Below are positions 9,233 to 19,520 of a stretch of DNA of 64,000 bases, piece after piece (position 1 is the stretch's first letter; each line of letters begins with the position of its first letter). The notes under the pieces are model-generated. The model was not told the DNA's origin and did not search any database. It was given only the letters and a program-made list of their open reading frames with translations. Both the position numbers and the translations under genes were made by a program. This stretch comes from a virus. The stretch is from positions 32,001 through 96,000 of IMG/VR virus record IMGVR_UViG_3300017716_002595. One strand, written 5' to 3'.

Positions 9233-12200
9233 ATGTCTATATTTAGAGAAACGTTTGAGCCTTTTGTTAAAGAAGAACTAAATCGAAGACAAGCGGGTAT
9301 GCTTACTCGTAACCCTAACTTTATCCATCAATTAAACTCAAGATCAGCTTGGGTAAGGATGACGTCTGGAGTTAATGTTAATGGTAGTAATAATTTAGCG
9401 AAAAATTACGTTTTACAAGGCGGTATCTTAAACGTCGCCACGGCTACTAAAGGCGATAAGGTAACCGATATTTTCGCGTTAAAATCGGGATTAGGCGGTG
9501 CTTCTAATACATATAGTAATAAAACTGCTGGAGGTGCTACAAATAGATTAGGTATAAAACCTATGCCCGGTGTTACTAATGTATCTATACAATCTAAAGG
9601 TGCTTATGGATCACTTCAAGAAGCAACAGTATCATTTGTTTGTTGGGATATTAAACAATTAGAGGAACTAGAACTACTTTATATGCGCCCAGGATATACT
9701 GTATTGTTTGAAATGGGATGGGATTATGCTAAAGCAAATGGTGTATTACCTCGATATAATATATTAACTCCTACAAAAATACCTTTAGTATTAAATGATG
9801 CTTTTAAAGATATACATACCTTAATAGAAAAAAGTAAAGGAAGCTACAGTGCTTTATTAGGATATGTAAAAAATTATAGCTGGTCAGCTCGTGATGATGG
9901 TGGATATGATTGTACTACATCTATTATATCTTTAGGAGAAGTATTAGAATCTTTAAAATGTAACTGGGTTCCTATTAATACTAAAGCATTTGATAGAAGC
10001 AATAGGGGTTTATTAGGACTAACGGCATCACCTGAAATACCAGAATCATACAAACAAGGCATAATCCCAGGATTGCTTCGTGAAATATACCAGTATGTAA
10101 GACCAGGAAGTAATACAGGAGTTATAGGTATTAATTTTAAAGTACCTGATAATGATATATCTTATGATGTTTTTCGAAAAAAAGTAGGTAGTGCTAAAAA
10201 GAATAATAGAGGAGGTTTAGCTAAAAATTTAAATAAAGGAGAAACAAGTTATGAGCATTATATAACCTTACAAAGTTTTTGTGATTTAATAAATAAACAT
10301 GTTCTATTAAAAGATGGCTCTAAAGAAGATAATCCTTTAGTTCAAATTACTACTAACGAGCAAGCTCCTAATGGTACTTTAACTAATGTTCCTCTTAAAT
10401 GTATTGCTAGTCCTTTATCATTATCTACAAATTTAGGAGTATGTTATGTTGAAAACCCTAATTGGGAAAGTTTAGAGGTACAAACACCACAAGTATCATC
10501 AACTGTTGAAACTACTATTGTTGGAGATATATCAACTGCTGTAAATGCTGAAACATTTGGGTGGGGTTTTGGAGATTATCCTAATAATGTATTTAAAAGA
10601 TTTGCATCAAATATAACTAAAACAGAACTTGATTCTATAACAACTGGTTTTAATTTAATAGATGTAGCATCAGCACTTCTTAATAGAAAAAAATTCTATA
10701 CTTATAAATCTTCATTAGGACTTCAAGGAGATATAGATAAACTAGCATCTGATTTAGGAAACGCTTTAACTAAAGTAGAATATGTTCCTGTTAAAGATCA
10801 AGATGGAAATATTAGTTTACGTCCTAAATTTTTCTTTTTTAATGGGTCTTCTTTTATATCTACAACTTCTAATAATAGTAATATTGATGTTCTAGATTAT
10901 TTTGGAACTGCTGAAGCTGTATATCTTCAACTTTTTCGTTATGATTATGATAAAAATGGAAAATTAAATACTAACGCTAATGAAGGAAGACCTGAAGATC
11001 CTTTTCTTGAAAGTAATTCTATTGTAAAAGATAATAAAGGAACAAGTTGGACTAAACAAGGTGTTGTTAGTGCTATTCAAAAAGCATTATCTAATATACC
11101 TATAAATCCTGTATTGAAAAAAAGTCTTGAAGACCAATTACCAGAAGTAGCTCAACAAATAGCAGAACAAGCAGAACAAGCTGGAAAAAGTGAAGCCTCT
11201 AAACAATTTTTAGTAGATGTAAAAGGAGTTAATGAAAAACAACTTGGAATTATAGGGAATATATATGTTAATTTAGAATATCTTTATGATAAAGCTATAT
11301 CTAGAAATCTAGCAGCTAATGATAATCAAACTAAAAATGTTATTTCTTTAAGAGATTATTTACAAGAAATATTAAGAGATGTTCAAAATAGTATTGGTAA
11401 TTTAAATACATTTGATCTTCAAGTAGATGATAGAAATTCTATAGGAAGAATAATAGACATTAATTCTACTCAAGACCCTTTAAATGTAAAAGATGAATTA
11501 TTTACACTACAGATACACAACCTGAGCTCATGCGTAAGACAATATAATTTTCAATCAAAAATATTTCCAGAAATGGGATCAATTATAGCTATTAGTGCTC
11601 AAGATCCTGCAGGTGTTGGTACGTTAGGGTATGATAATGCTACGTTAGTTGCTTGGAATCAAGGTATTTCTGATAGATTAATACCTAAAAAATTAACTAG
11701 TAAAAATGATTTATTAGATCAACAAAATAAAGTAGTAACTTATATATTACCATTTTTAACTCAAATGTGGAAATATTTTAAAGTTATCTCAGATGGATCT
11801 TCTGAAGATGATATCAATCTAGTATATGGTGGTTTAAATTTTGCTTTTAGAGATTTTTTAGCACACCTAGATAAAGAAAATGTAGGAAGTAATAGATTTA
11901 AAACAATTATACCAACAGAACTAAGTGTTACTTTAGATGGTATCGGAGGTATAATTATAGGAAATTTATTTAAAATCAATGAAGATATTGTACCTAAAGG
12001 ATATAGAGGTGTAGCTGGTAGAAAATTAGCATATATTGTTACAAGATTAGGACATACTATAACGGATAATGATTGGACTACACAAATAAGTGCTTACCCA
12101 ATAATATTTGAACCATCTATAGGAAGTGAAGTTTGGAAACAATGGAATAACGAACAATACCCCGGAGATGCTACTATAATTAGAGTAGGAGGGAGAGGAA

Positions 12201-12754
12201 TTGGTGCTATTTATTCAAACCAAACTGAAGCTTATCTTGAAGCTGTTAAGAACGAACCAAATTTTGCAAATAAATTAAAATCAGTAGCACAAAACATAGG
12301 AGTTAGTGAATCTGATTTGCTAACAGTAATGTATAAAGAAACAGCAGGAACTTTAGATCCTTCAACTACTAATTCAATAGGATGTGTAGGTTTAATTCAA
12401 TTTTGTCCTGATGTATCTAGAGGATCTATTAAAACTATTAGTGGTAAACAATATACTTTATCTAACTTAAGTCAAATGACAAGAGATCAACAACTAGATG
12501 TTGTTGAATCTTATTACAAATCATTAGGATTTAGATCTGACAAACCTAGAACACTTACTGATCTTTATGTAGCAACATTCTATCCTGCTGCTATAGGAAA
12601 ACCTAGTACTTATATAGTAGGAAGTGATAATTCTATAAATTTCCAACATAAATTAGCAGAACAAAACCCAGGCATAGCTAAATATAGTAATGTATTTGTA
12701 AATGGAAAAAAAGTAATAAATTTAGACGCTGTTAGAGCATTTATACAATCATAA
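9233..12754 (+). CDS. baseplate hub protein with C-terminal lytic transglycosylase/lysozyme-like domain
   Basis: PMPGVT and LYMRPGYTVLFEMGW hub motifs; C-terminal VMYKETAGT.DP...N..GCVGLIQF. Confidence 0.75.
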   Translation: MSIFRETFEPFVKEELNRRQAGMLTRNPNFIHQLNSRSAWVRMTSGVNVNGSNNLAKNYVLQGGILNVATATKGDKVTDIFALKSGLGGASNTYSNKTAGGATNRLGIKPMPGVTNVSIQSKGAYGSLQEATVSFVCWDIKQLEELELLYMRPGYTVLFEMGWDYAKANGVLPRYNILTPTKIPLVLNDAFKDIHTLIEKSKGSYSALLGYVKNYSWSARDDGGYDCTTSIISLGEVLESLKCNWVPINTKAFDRSNRGLLGLTASPEIPESYKQGIIPGLLREIYQYVRPGSNTGVIGINFKVPDNDISYDVFRKKVGSAKKNNRGGLAKNLNKGETSYEHYITLQSFCDLINKHVLLKDGSKEDNPLVQITTNEQAPNGTLTNVPLKCIASPLSLSTNLGVCYVENPNWESLEVQTPQVSSTVETTIVGDISTAVNAETFGWGFGDYPNNVFKRFASNITKTELDSITTGFNLIDVASALLNRKKFYTYKSSLGLQGDIDKLASDLGNALTKVEYVPVKDQDGNISLRPKFFFFNGSSFISTTSNNSNIDVLDYFGTAEAVYLQLFRYDYDKNGKLNTNANEGRPEDPFLESNSIVKDNKGTSWTKQGVVSAIQKALSNIPINPVLKKSLEDQLPEVAQQIAEQAEQAGKSEASKQFLVDVKGVNEKQLGIIGNIYVNLEYLYDKAISRNLAANDNQTKNVISLRDYLQEILRDVQNSIGNLNTFDLQVDDRNSIGRIIDINSTQDPLNVKDELFTLQIHNLSSCVRQYNFQSKIFPEMGSIIAISAQDPAGVGTLGYDNATLVAWNQGISDRLIPKKLTSKNDLLDQQNKVVTYILPFLTQMWKYFKVISDGSSEDDINLVYGGLNFAFRDFLAHLDKENVGSNRFKTIIPTELSVTLDGIGGIIIGNLFKINEDIVPKGYRGVAGRKLAYIVTRLGHTITDNDWTTQISAYPIIFEPSIGSEVWKQWNNEQYPGDATIIRVGGRGIGAIYSNQTEAYLEAVKNEPNFANKLKSVAQNIGVSESDLLTVMYKETAGTLDPSTTNSIGCVGLIQFCPDVSRGSIKTISGKQYTLSNLSQMTRDQQLDVVESYYKSLGFRSDKPRTLTDLYVATFYPAAIGKPSTYIVGSDNSINFQHKLAEQNPGIAKYSNVFVNGKKVINLDAVRAFIQS

Positions 12755-12757
12755 AAT

Positions 12758-13255
12758 ATGAGACCAATACCAAAAAGCAAAATAGTAGAAAATCAATATA
12801 CTAATGGAACCGGTTTTGGGAAAAATATCTTATTACGTTTTCCTAATACTAAAAAACCATACATTGGATCATACTCAGTAATAAATGGTTCTAAGTACTA
12901 TAGTGGGAAAGAATATATAGAAAGTTCACAACTTTTAGAACGATATACTCTACCCATAAACCCTAGTGCTGTAGCATCGGCTGGTTCCATTCCAACTCTA
13001 GCAGCTATTTCTGCTGCAGGGGTTATACTTTCCGGCAATAAAAATTCACCTTCAACTGCTTCCCCAGTTCGTTACTTTTATAAAGATTTAACTTCATCTA
13101 ATAATCTAATTAAACAAATTGATAAAAAGGCATACGACCAATTATCAGGTAAATTAAGTAATAATTATCAAGTAATATCATATAATAAAAATACTCAAAC
13201 TTTAGAAGAGGTAAATAAACAAATGCCTGGATTAACTGCTTTCTTGGGTACCTAA
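12758..13255 (+). CDS. hypothetical protein (tail module)
   Basis: 165-aa ORF with PKSKI..NQYTNG and PYIG.Y motifs. Confidence 0.55.
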   Translation: MRPIPKSKIVENQYTNGTGFGKNILLRFPNTKKPYIGSYSVINGSKYYSGKEYIESSQLLERYTLPINPSAVASAGSIPTLAAISAAGVILSGNKNSPSTASPVRYFYKDLTSSNNLIKQIDKKAYDQLSGKLSNNYQVISYNKNTQTLEEVNKQMPGLTAFLGT

Positions 13256-13274
13256 AATTTTATTCGTATATTTA
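13244..13274 (+). promoter_or_regulatory. Bacteroidota-type housekeeping-sigma promoter
   Basis: TTG-N20-TATATTTA; resembles the -33 TTTG / -7 TAnnTTTG consensus. Confidence 0.75.
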
Positions 13275-13294
13275 ACGAATAAATAAATAAGGTT

Positions 13295-14572
13295 ATGTTT
13301 TATATAATTGAAAAAGAAGATCAATTACCCCACTTACCGCACTTCGATAAATGTTTTATTCATGTTATAGCAAATAATGACAACTATCATCCTGCTATAT
13401 CTGAAGTATCATTAATTTATGTTAAACCCTTTGATGATAAAGGATATATATTTTGTATAAATCATACAGAGTCATTAGGTTTAAAATGGCAATCTCTTAA
13501 AAAATTCTTATCGGAAAAAGAATTATATGCCATAGATGCTAAACACACTAAATACTTCTTAGGAGGAAAAATAAATGATATAACATTTAACTACATAGAT
13601 AAACATGGAACCAAACCAGACTTATCATCTTGTACCCCTAACATAAATTCAGATTTCTATACACGATACGGAGAATTAAAAAATATAAATACTTTAATTC
13701 CTATATCTAAACATTACGAATATTGTGAAAATTTATACGAATTACTACAGAATTATATGATTAAAAATACTGAATATTCACATAAATTAACTACTGTATT
13801 CTTTAAAATAGAAAAAGAAGGCATAAGGTTAGATAAAGAATGCTTTATTAAGTATCATAAAGATCATAACACACCTCAATTTTCAATTAGTAAAGGAAGA
13901 GCTTATACTCAATACAATTTATATACATTAACCGGTCGTCCTTCTAATTCATTTAACAACATAAATTATGCTGCTTTAAATAAAGAAAATGGTGAAAGAA
14001 CTTGTTATATTCCTAATAATGATATATATTTAGAGTTTGATTTTAATGGTTACCATCCACGATTATTAGGAACTTTAACTGGATATGAGTTTGATAAAGA
14101 AATAAATGTTTATGCTCAAATAGCAGAAATATTACAAACTGAAGACATATTAAAAGTTAAAGAAACAACATTTCAAAATTTATATGGTGGTATTAGATAC
14201 GAATTACAAAGTAAACCATTTTTTAAGAATGTACACATGTTCACTGATAGTTTATGGGACGAAATTCAATATGGTGGTTCAATAACAACACCATCAGGAA
14301 AAACATTTCGTTTAAAAGATATTGATAATCCTAATCCTCAAAAAGTATTAAATTATCTTATACAAAATTTTGAAACATCACAAAATGTTGAACAAATATT
14401 TGATTTATATAACGATTTTCGTTCATTAAAATCAAGAATTGTACTTTATACTTATGATGCTATATTAATAGATGCCGTGCAAGACGAAGTAAATCAAATA
14501 AAAGAGATTATACATAAATTAAAATACCCAACCAAAGTAAAAATAGGAACTAACTATAACGAATTAACATAA
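13295..14572 (+). CDS. divergent, compact family A DNA polymerase
   Basis: TLTGRPSN, motif A EFDFNGYHPRL, motif B K..TFQNLYG, NYLIQ, motif C LYTYDAIL. Confidence 0.8.
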   Translation: MFYIIEKEDQLPHLPHFDKCFIHVIANNDNYHPAISEVSLIYVKPFDDKGYIFCINHTESLGLKWQSLKKFLSEKELYAIDAKHTKYFLGGKINDITFNYIDKHGTKPDLSSCTPNINSDFYTRYGELKNINTLIPISKHYEYCENLYELLQNYMIKNTEYSHKLTTVFFKIEKEGIRLDKECFIKYHKDHNTPQFSISKGRAYTQYNLYTLTGRPSNSFNNINYAALNKENGERTCYIPNNDIYLEFDFNGYHPRLLGTLTGYEFDKEINVYAQIAEILQTEDILKVKETTFQNLYGGIRYELQSKPFFKNVHMFTDSLWDEIQYGGSITTPSGKTFRLKDIDNPNPQKVLNYLIQNFETSQNVEQIFDLYNDFRSLKSRIVLYTYDAILIDAVQDEVNQIKEIIHKLKYPTKVKIGTNYNELT

Positions 14573-14580
14573 GATACCTA

Positions 14581-15042
14581 ATGGTTATGACAGAAAGCCC
14601 GATATTTATCACCAGTTATGAATTTAATGACATCATTATAAATGACATGGTAGGAAATAAACTTTTTTGCACATTTGTTGCACCCTCTAAATTAGACGAA
14701 ACTCTAAATATACTTACAAATAAATATTCTATATTGTATGATAAAATATTTGTATTGGAATCAACCGATACAGATGAATTAATCTTAACATATAACATAG
14801 ACGTGGTAAATACTAGTTCTAAAAATGCTTTACCTAATACTATTTTACTTCACAGAAAAAAAGAATCTAACACATTATATACTATTAACGCCCTTAATGC
14901 TCTTATAAAAGAATTAAATGGAGGTGTATTAGATACTAATTATAAGGTTAAATGGGAAGACCATCGTAACGTTATATTACTTACCCAAGAAGGAGGACTA
15001 AGAAAAGTTCACACTAAAATTCACAATATTATTAAAGTATAA
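14581..15042 (+). CDS. conserved phage hypothetical protein (true start probably 14647)
   Basis: NKLFCTF...HRKKESNTLYTINALN; an ATATTTAT motif at 14602 precedes the ATG at 14647. Confidence 0.65.
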   Translation: MVMTESPIFITSYEFNDIIINDMVGNKLFCTFVAPSKLDETLNILTNKYSILYDKIFVLESTDTDELILTYNIDVVNTSSKNALPNTILLHRKKESNTLYTINALNALIKELNGGVLDTNYKVKWEDHRNVILLTQEGGLRKVHTKIHNIIKV

Positions 15043-15043
15043 T

Positions 15044-15074
15044 TTGGATATCCCAAATTTCTTTCTTACATTTA
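15044..15074 (+). promoter_or_regulatory. Bacteroidota-type promoter
   Basis: TTG-N20-TACATTTA. Confidence 0.8.
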
Positions 15075-15109
15075 CCTAAAACAAGTTATAAACAAATTTA
15101 AAAAACGTT

Positions 15110-15943
15110 ATGGATTTATCTTTAATCAAGCAGACGTTGGCCACCTTTAACAACAAAGGCCAGTCTAGAGAAAAAACAGATTACACAAAAATTTTTTGGA
15201 AACCAAAAGTAGGAAAACATCAAGTTCGTATTGTTCCTTCTAAGTTTAACAAGTCTACACCGTTCCGTGAGATTTATTTTCACTACGGGTACACTAAAGG
15301 ACCTATTTTAGCATTAACCAATTGGGGTGAAGCTGATCCTATTGCTGAAGCAGCACAAAAACTTCGCAAATCAGACAATCCAGATCATTGGCAAATGGCT
15401 AAAAAAATTACTCCTAAAATGAGAGTATTTGCACCCGTTATTGTTCGTGGTGAAGAAGACATGGGTGTTCGTTTATGGGAATTTGGTAAAGAAATTTACA
15501 CTCAATTAATGAACATTGCAATGAATGAAGATTACGGTGATTACACTGACATTCAAGATGGTCGTGACTTTATTGTAGAAGGTACTGATGATACAGTAGC
15601 AGGTCGTAAAGTAGTAAAATGTATTCTTACACCAAGAGTAAAAACTACACCTATTACAGAAGATGCAGTAGCATTACGTTCATACTTAGATGAACAACCT
15701 GATATCTTTGCTATCAATAAAAAACACACTTACGAAAGCTTAAAAGAAATTTTTGAAAAGTGGGCTAATCCTGAAGAAGAAGAAGACAATACTCCTATTG
15801 CTTCTACTACTGATGATGAAGATGAAACACCAAGTATGGGAGACTTACCTTGGGAAAAGAAAGAAGAAAAAGCATCTCCATACACACTACAAACAAAACA
15901 ACCAAAAGCTGACAAGTTCGAAGATTTATTTGATAAAGAATAA
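15110..15943 (+). CDS. single-stranded DNA-binding protein (gp32-like)
   Basis: FWKP..G...VRIVP, DPI.E, LWEFGKEIY, GRDF, acidic C-terminal tail ending FEDLF. Confidence 0.85.
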   Translation: MDLSLIKQTLATFNNKGQSREKTDYTKIFWKPKVGKHQVRIVPSKFNKSTPFREIYFHYGYTKGPILALTNWGEADPIAEAAQKLRKSDNPDHWQMAKKITPKMRVFAPVIVRGEEDMGVRLWEFGKEIYTQLMNIAMNEDYGDYTDIQDGRDFIVEGTDDTVAGRKVVKCILTPRVKTTPITEDAVALRSYLDEQPDIFAINKKHTYESLKEIFEKWANPEEEEDNTPIASTTDDEDETPSMGDLPWEKKEEKASPYTLQTKQPKADKFEDLFDKE

Positions 15944-15945
15944 TT

Positions 15946-17046
15946 ATGGCCAAAAGAAACACTATAAATGATGCAGCATCTGTTGCCATCAGGTCATCTT
16001 CTAACAAAGGATTTGATTTAGATTCATTCAAAAAATCTAAAAATCTATCAGAATCATCAAAGTTTAAAAAACAAAGATGGATCCCATTCTCACATGCAGT
16101 AGCCGAAGCACTCTCTATCCCGGGAGTGCCAATGGGACAAGTAACTATAGCTAGAGGAGGATCTGATACAGGAAAAACTACACTAATGATTGAAGCAGCA
16201 GTTTCTGCTCAACAACTTGGAGTGTTACCTGTGTTTATCATTACTGAGATGAAATGGGATTTTGCCCATGCTAAAAAGATGGGATTAGAAATTGAAGCTG
16301 TATCTAATGCCGAAACCGGAGAAGATGTTGATTATAAAGGATTTTTCCTATATGTTGACCGTTCTTCATTAAACACTATTGAAGATGTATCTGCATTTAT
16401 TGCTGATATACTTGATGAACAGAAAAAAGGTAAATTACCTTACGACTTATTATTTCTTTGGGATTCAGTTGGATCGATTCCATGTGATATGAGTGTTAAA
16501 CAAGGAAATAATAATCCTATGTGGAATGCTGGTGCTATGGCTACTCAATTTGGTAACTTTATTAACCAACAATTCCCACTATCACGTAAAGAGAAATATC
16601 CTTACACAAATACATTCTTTGTAATTAATAAAACTGGAGTACAACCAGCATTAACACCAATGTCACAACCAAGAATGACAAATAAAGGTGGGAATGCAAT
16701 GTATTGGGATGCTGCCATTGTAATTACATTTGGAAACGTTACAAATAGCGGTACTTCTAAAATTAACGTACAGCATAAAGGTAAAAAAGTTGAATTTGCT
16801 AAACGTACTAAAATAGCAATTGATAAAATTCATGCTGATTGCGGTATTGCTACAGCTTCAACTGTAATTGTAACACCACACGGATTTATTCCTGATACAC
16901 CAGAAGCTGTAAAAGAGTATAAGAAAACGTATGCTCACGAATGGTTTGAAGAAATAACAGATGTAGACAGTTTACAAATTACTGAAGATGCTAGTGAGTG
17001 GAATGAAAGTCAAAATATATCACCAATGTTAGAAATTGAGGAATAA
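15946..17046 (+). CDS. uvsX: RecA/UvsX-like recombinase
   Basis: Walker A GGSDTGKT, TEMKW, Walker B FLWDSVGS, KGG.A. Confidence 0.85.
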   Translation: MAKRNTINDAASVAIRSSSNKGFDLDSFKKSKNLSESSKFKKQRWIPFSHAVAEALSIPGVPMGQVTIARGGSDTGKTTLMIEAAVSAQQLGVLPVFIITEMKWDFAHAKKMGLEIEAVSNAETGEDVDYKGFFLYVDRSSLNTIEDVSAFIADILDEQKKGKLPYDLLFLWDSVGSIPCDMSVKQGNNNPMWNAGAMATQFGNFINQQFPLSRKEKYPYTNTFFVINKTGVQPALTPMSQPRMTNKGGNAMYWDAAIVITFGNVTNSGTSKINVQHKGKKVEFAKRTKIAIDKIHADCGIATASTVIVTPHGFIPDTPEAVKEYKKTYAHEWFEEITDVDSLQITEDASEWNESQNISPMLEIEE

Positions 17047-18074
17047 TGTTTGACAAAAAATTTCTACTCCAGGTATTAGACTCAATAGTAGAAGATAAAC
17101 CTACTAAAAATAGTCGTATTCTTATCATAGATTCTATGAATACGTTCATGAGAAATTTCTCATCAGTTAATACACTTAACCCAGCGGGCCACCATATAGG
17201 TGGTCTCGTAGGTTATTTACGAAGTATCGGATATGCTATAAAATCATTTCGTCCTACTAGAGTAATATTAGTGTTTGATGGGCATGGAAGTACAGTTAAT
17301 AAGAAAAATCTATACCCTGGATATAAAGGTAATAGAAGTATATCTCGTATTACAAATTGGGATATATTTGATGATAAAGATGATGAAAGCGAAGCAATGA
17401 GCAATCAAATGACTCGCCTTATTCAATATTTAAAGCAACTACCAGTATCTTTAGTATCAATAGATAAAATTGAAGCTGATGATAGTATAGGTCTTATAGC
17501 AAACCATTATGCTGCTGATGAAGATTGTAAAACAGTAACGATAATGTCGGCTGATAAAGATTTTTATCAATTAATTAGCGATAAAATTCAAGTTTATTCA
17601 CCAATTAAGAAAAAAGTATATAAAGTTAATGATGTTCTTGAAGAATTTAATGTACATCCTAATAACTTTTTAATTTACAAAGCACTATTAGGAGACAACT
17701 CTGACAATCTTCCAGGAGTTAGAGGATTAGGTCCTAAAAAAATAGTTAAGTTGTTTTCTTTAGAAAGTGCAGATGAATACAAATTAGAAGATATTTACAA
17801 GATAAGCGCAGATAACGCAAAGAAAAGTCCAATGTACGCAAGTATATTAGAAACGAAAAATCAATTAAATATCAACTATCAATTAATGAATATACGCGAA
17901 CCTAATATATCAGACGATAGCAAAGAAGATATAATTAATCTATTAAATGAAGAAATTACTTCATTAAATGTTGGTGGGTTTATGGTGTTATACGAGTCAG
18001 ATGGATTAGTAAATTCTATACCAAATACTCACGGATGGTTATCAGAAAATTTTGGCTCTCTCATATTAAGATAG
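17046..18074 (+). CDS. 5'-3' exonuclease / flap endonuclease (T4 RNase H-like)
   Basis: IIDSMN, VFDG, YKGNR, EADD, SADKDFYQL, GDNSDNLPGVRGLGPK. Confidence 0.92.
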   Translation: MFDKKFLLQVLDSIVEDKPTKNSRILIIDSMNTFMRNFSSVNTLNPAGHHIGGLVGYLRSIGYAIKSFRPTRVILVFDGHGSTVNKKNLYPGYKGNRSISRITNWDIFDDKDDESEAMSNQMTRLIQYLKQLPVSLVSIDKIEADDSIGLIANHYAADEDCKTVTIMSADKDFYQLISDKIQVYSPIKKKVYKVNDVLEEFNVHPNNFLIYKALLGDNSDNLPGVRGLGPKKIVKLFSLESADEYKLEDIYKISADNAKKSPMYASILETKNQLNINYQLMNIREPNISDDSKEDIINLLNEEITSLNVGGFMVLYESDGLVNSIPNTHGWLSENFGSLILR

Positions 18075-18082
18075 TATATTTA
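18052..18082 (+). promoter_or_regulatory. Bacteroidota-type promoter
   Basis: TTG-N20-TATATTTA. Confidence 0.75.
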
Positions 18083-18118
18083 CAAAAATAGGTTATTAAC
18101 AATTAAATAGGTTATATA

Positions 18119-19477
18119 TTGACAACTTTATCAAAACTGTCCCAATACGGACCAGCATTTCAAATCAAAGTAATAGGCGCTCTATTAACAGATAGAAATT
18201 TCTTAATTACTATATCCGATGCTTTAACTGAAGATTATTTTGAAAATACTTCACACCAATGGATTATTAAGGAAGTTTTAAGTTATTTTCATAAATACCA
18301 TACTGTGCCTTCAATGGAAGCACTAAAGGTAGAAATACAAAAAATTGAAAATGATGTATTACAAATAGCAGTTAAAGAACAATTAGTACAAGCATATCGA
18401 GATTCGGAACAGACAGATGCTCAATACATTAAAGATGAATTTTTAGGATTTTGCCGAAATCAGCAAATGAAAAAAGCTATTATTGCTTCTACAAATTTAT
18501 TAAGTATTAATGACTTTGATTCAATTAGACAATTAATTCTTAATGCACTTAAAGTAGGTGAAATAAGATCTATTGGTCATGAGTATGAAAAAGATGTTGA
18601 AACTAGATATCGTGATGATAATAGATCACCAATTCCATTCCCTTGGGATGTTATGAATAATATTACACAAGGTGGTTATGGTAAAGGTGAATTAGTCATT
18701 ATATTTGGTAATCCTGGTGGTGGTAAATCATGGGCTATTATTGATATGGCAACACATGCTGCTAAATTAGGATTTAATGTATTATATTATACTCTTGAAT
18801 TAAGTGAAACTTATGTAGCAAGACGTATGGATGCTAATTTATTACATATTCCTGTAGACAAAATTACAGCACATCGTGAAGAAATTGAGAAAATGGCTCA
18901 AGAAATACCTGGTAAAATTAAAATTAAAGAATTTCCTGCAGGTAAAACTACATTAGACAATATTGAACAACATATTGAGCAATTAAGAATGCAATATGAA
19001 TTTGTACCTGATGTTATTTTTATTGATTACATTGATTTACTTAAAAATTCATCACGAGATAGATTAGAAGGTACTGAAGATATTTACACCAGTATTCGAG
19101 GATTAGCAACAGAATTAGGTCTTCCAATTGTAACTCCATCACAAGCTAATAGAACAGGTGCTAAAAGTGATATTATTGAAGGAGATAATATAGCAGGTTC
19201 ATATTCTAAATTAATGATTGGTGATATTGTTTTATCATTAGCTAGAAATAGAAAAGATAAATTAGAAGGTACAGGCCGTTGGCATGTTATGAAAAATAGA
19301 TTAGGAGGAGATGGTATGACATTCGCATCAACCATCGATACTTCCATGGGTAAAATCGAGATATTCGAAGACTTCCTAGAAATCGATACCTCATCCACAG
19401 ACAAAAAGCCAGGCGATTATAACGCAGTAGATAGAGATGAAAAAGACTTTTTGAGAAATTTTATTCTTAATTCGTAA
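18119..19477 (+). CDS. dnaB: DnaB/gp41-like replicative helicase (TTG start)
   Basis: Walker A GNPGGGKS, YTLEL, IFIDYIDLL, SQANR, KNRLG. Confidence 0.92.
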   Translation: MTTLSKLSQYGPAFQIKVIGALLTDRNFLITISDALTEDYFENTSHQWIIKEVLSYFHKYHTVPSMEALKVEIQKIENDVLQIAVKEQLVQAYRDSEQTDAQYIKDEFLGFCRNQQMKKAIIASTNLLSINDFDSIRQLILNALKVGEIRSIGHEYEKDVETRYRDDNRSPIPFPWDVMNNITQGGYGKGELVIIFGNPGGGKSWAIIDMATHAAKLGFNVLYYTLELSETYVARRMDANLLHIPVDKITAHREEIEKMAQEIPGKIKIKEFPAGKTTLDNIEQHIEQLRMQYEFVPDVIFIDYIDLLKNSSRDRLEGTEDIYTSIRGLATELGLPIVTPSQANRTGAKSDIIEGDNIAGSYSKLMIGDIVLSLARNRKDKLEGTGRWHVMKNRLGGDGMTFASTIDTSMGKIEIFEDFLEIDTSSTDKKPGDYNAVDRDEKDFLRNFILNS

Positions 19478-19520
19478 TGTTACCTATTTATAGACCCATC
19501 TTTAAAATTTAAAAAGAAAC

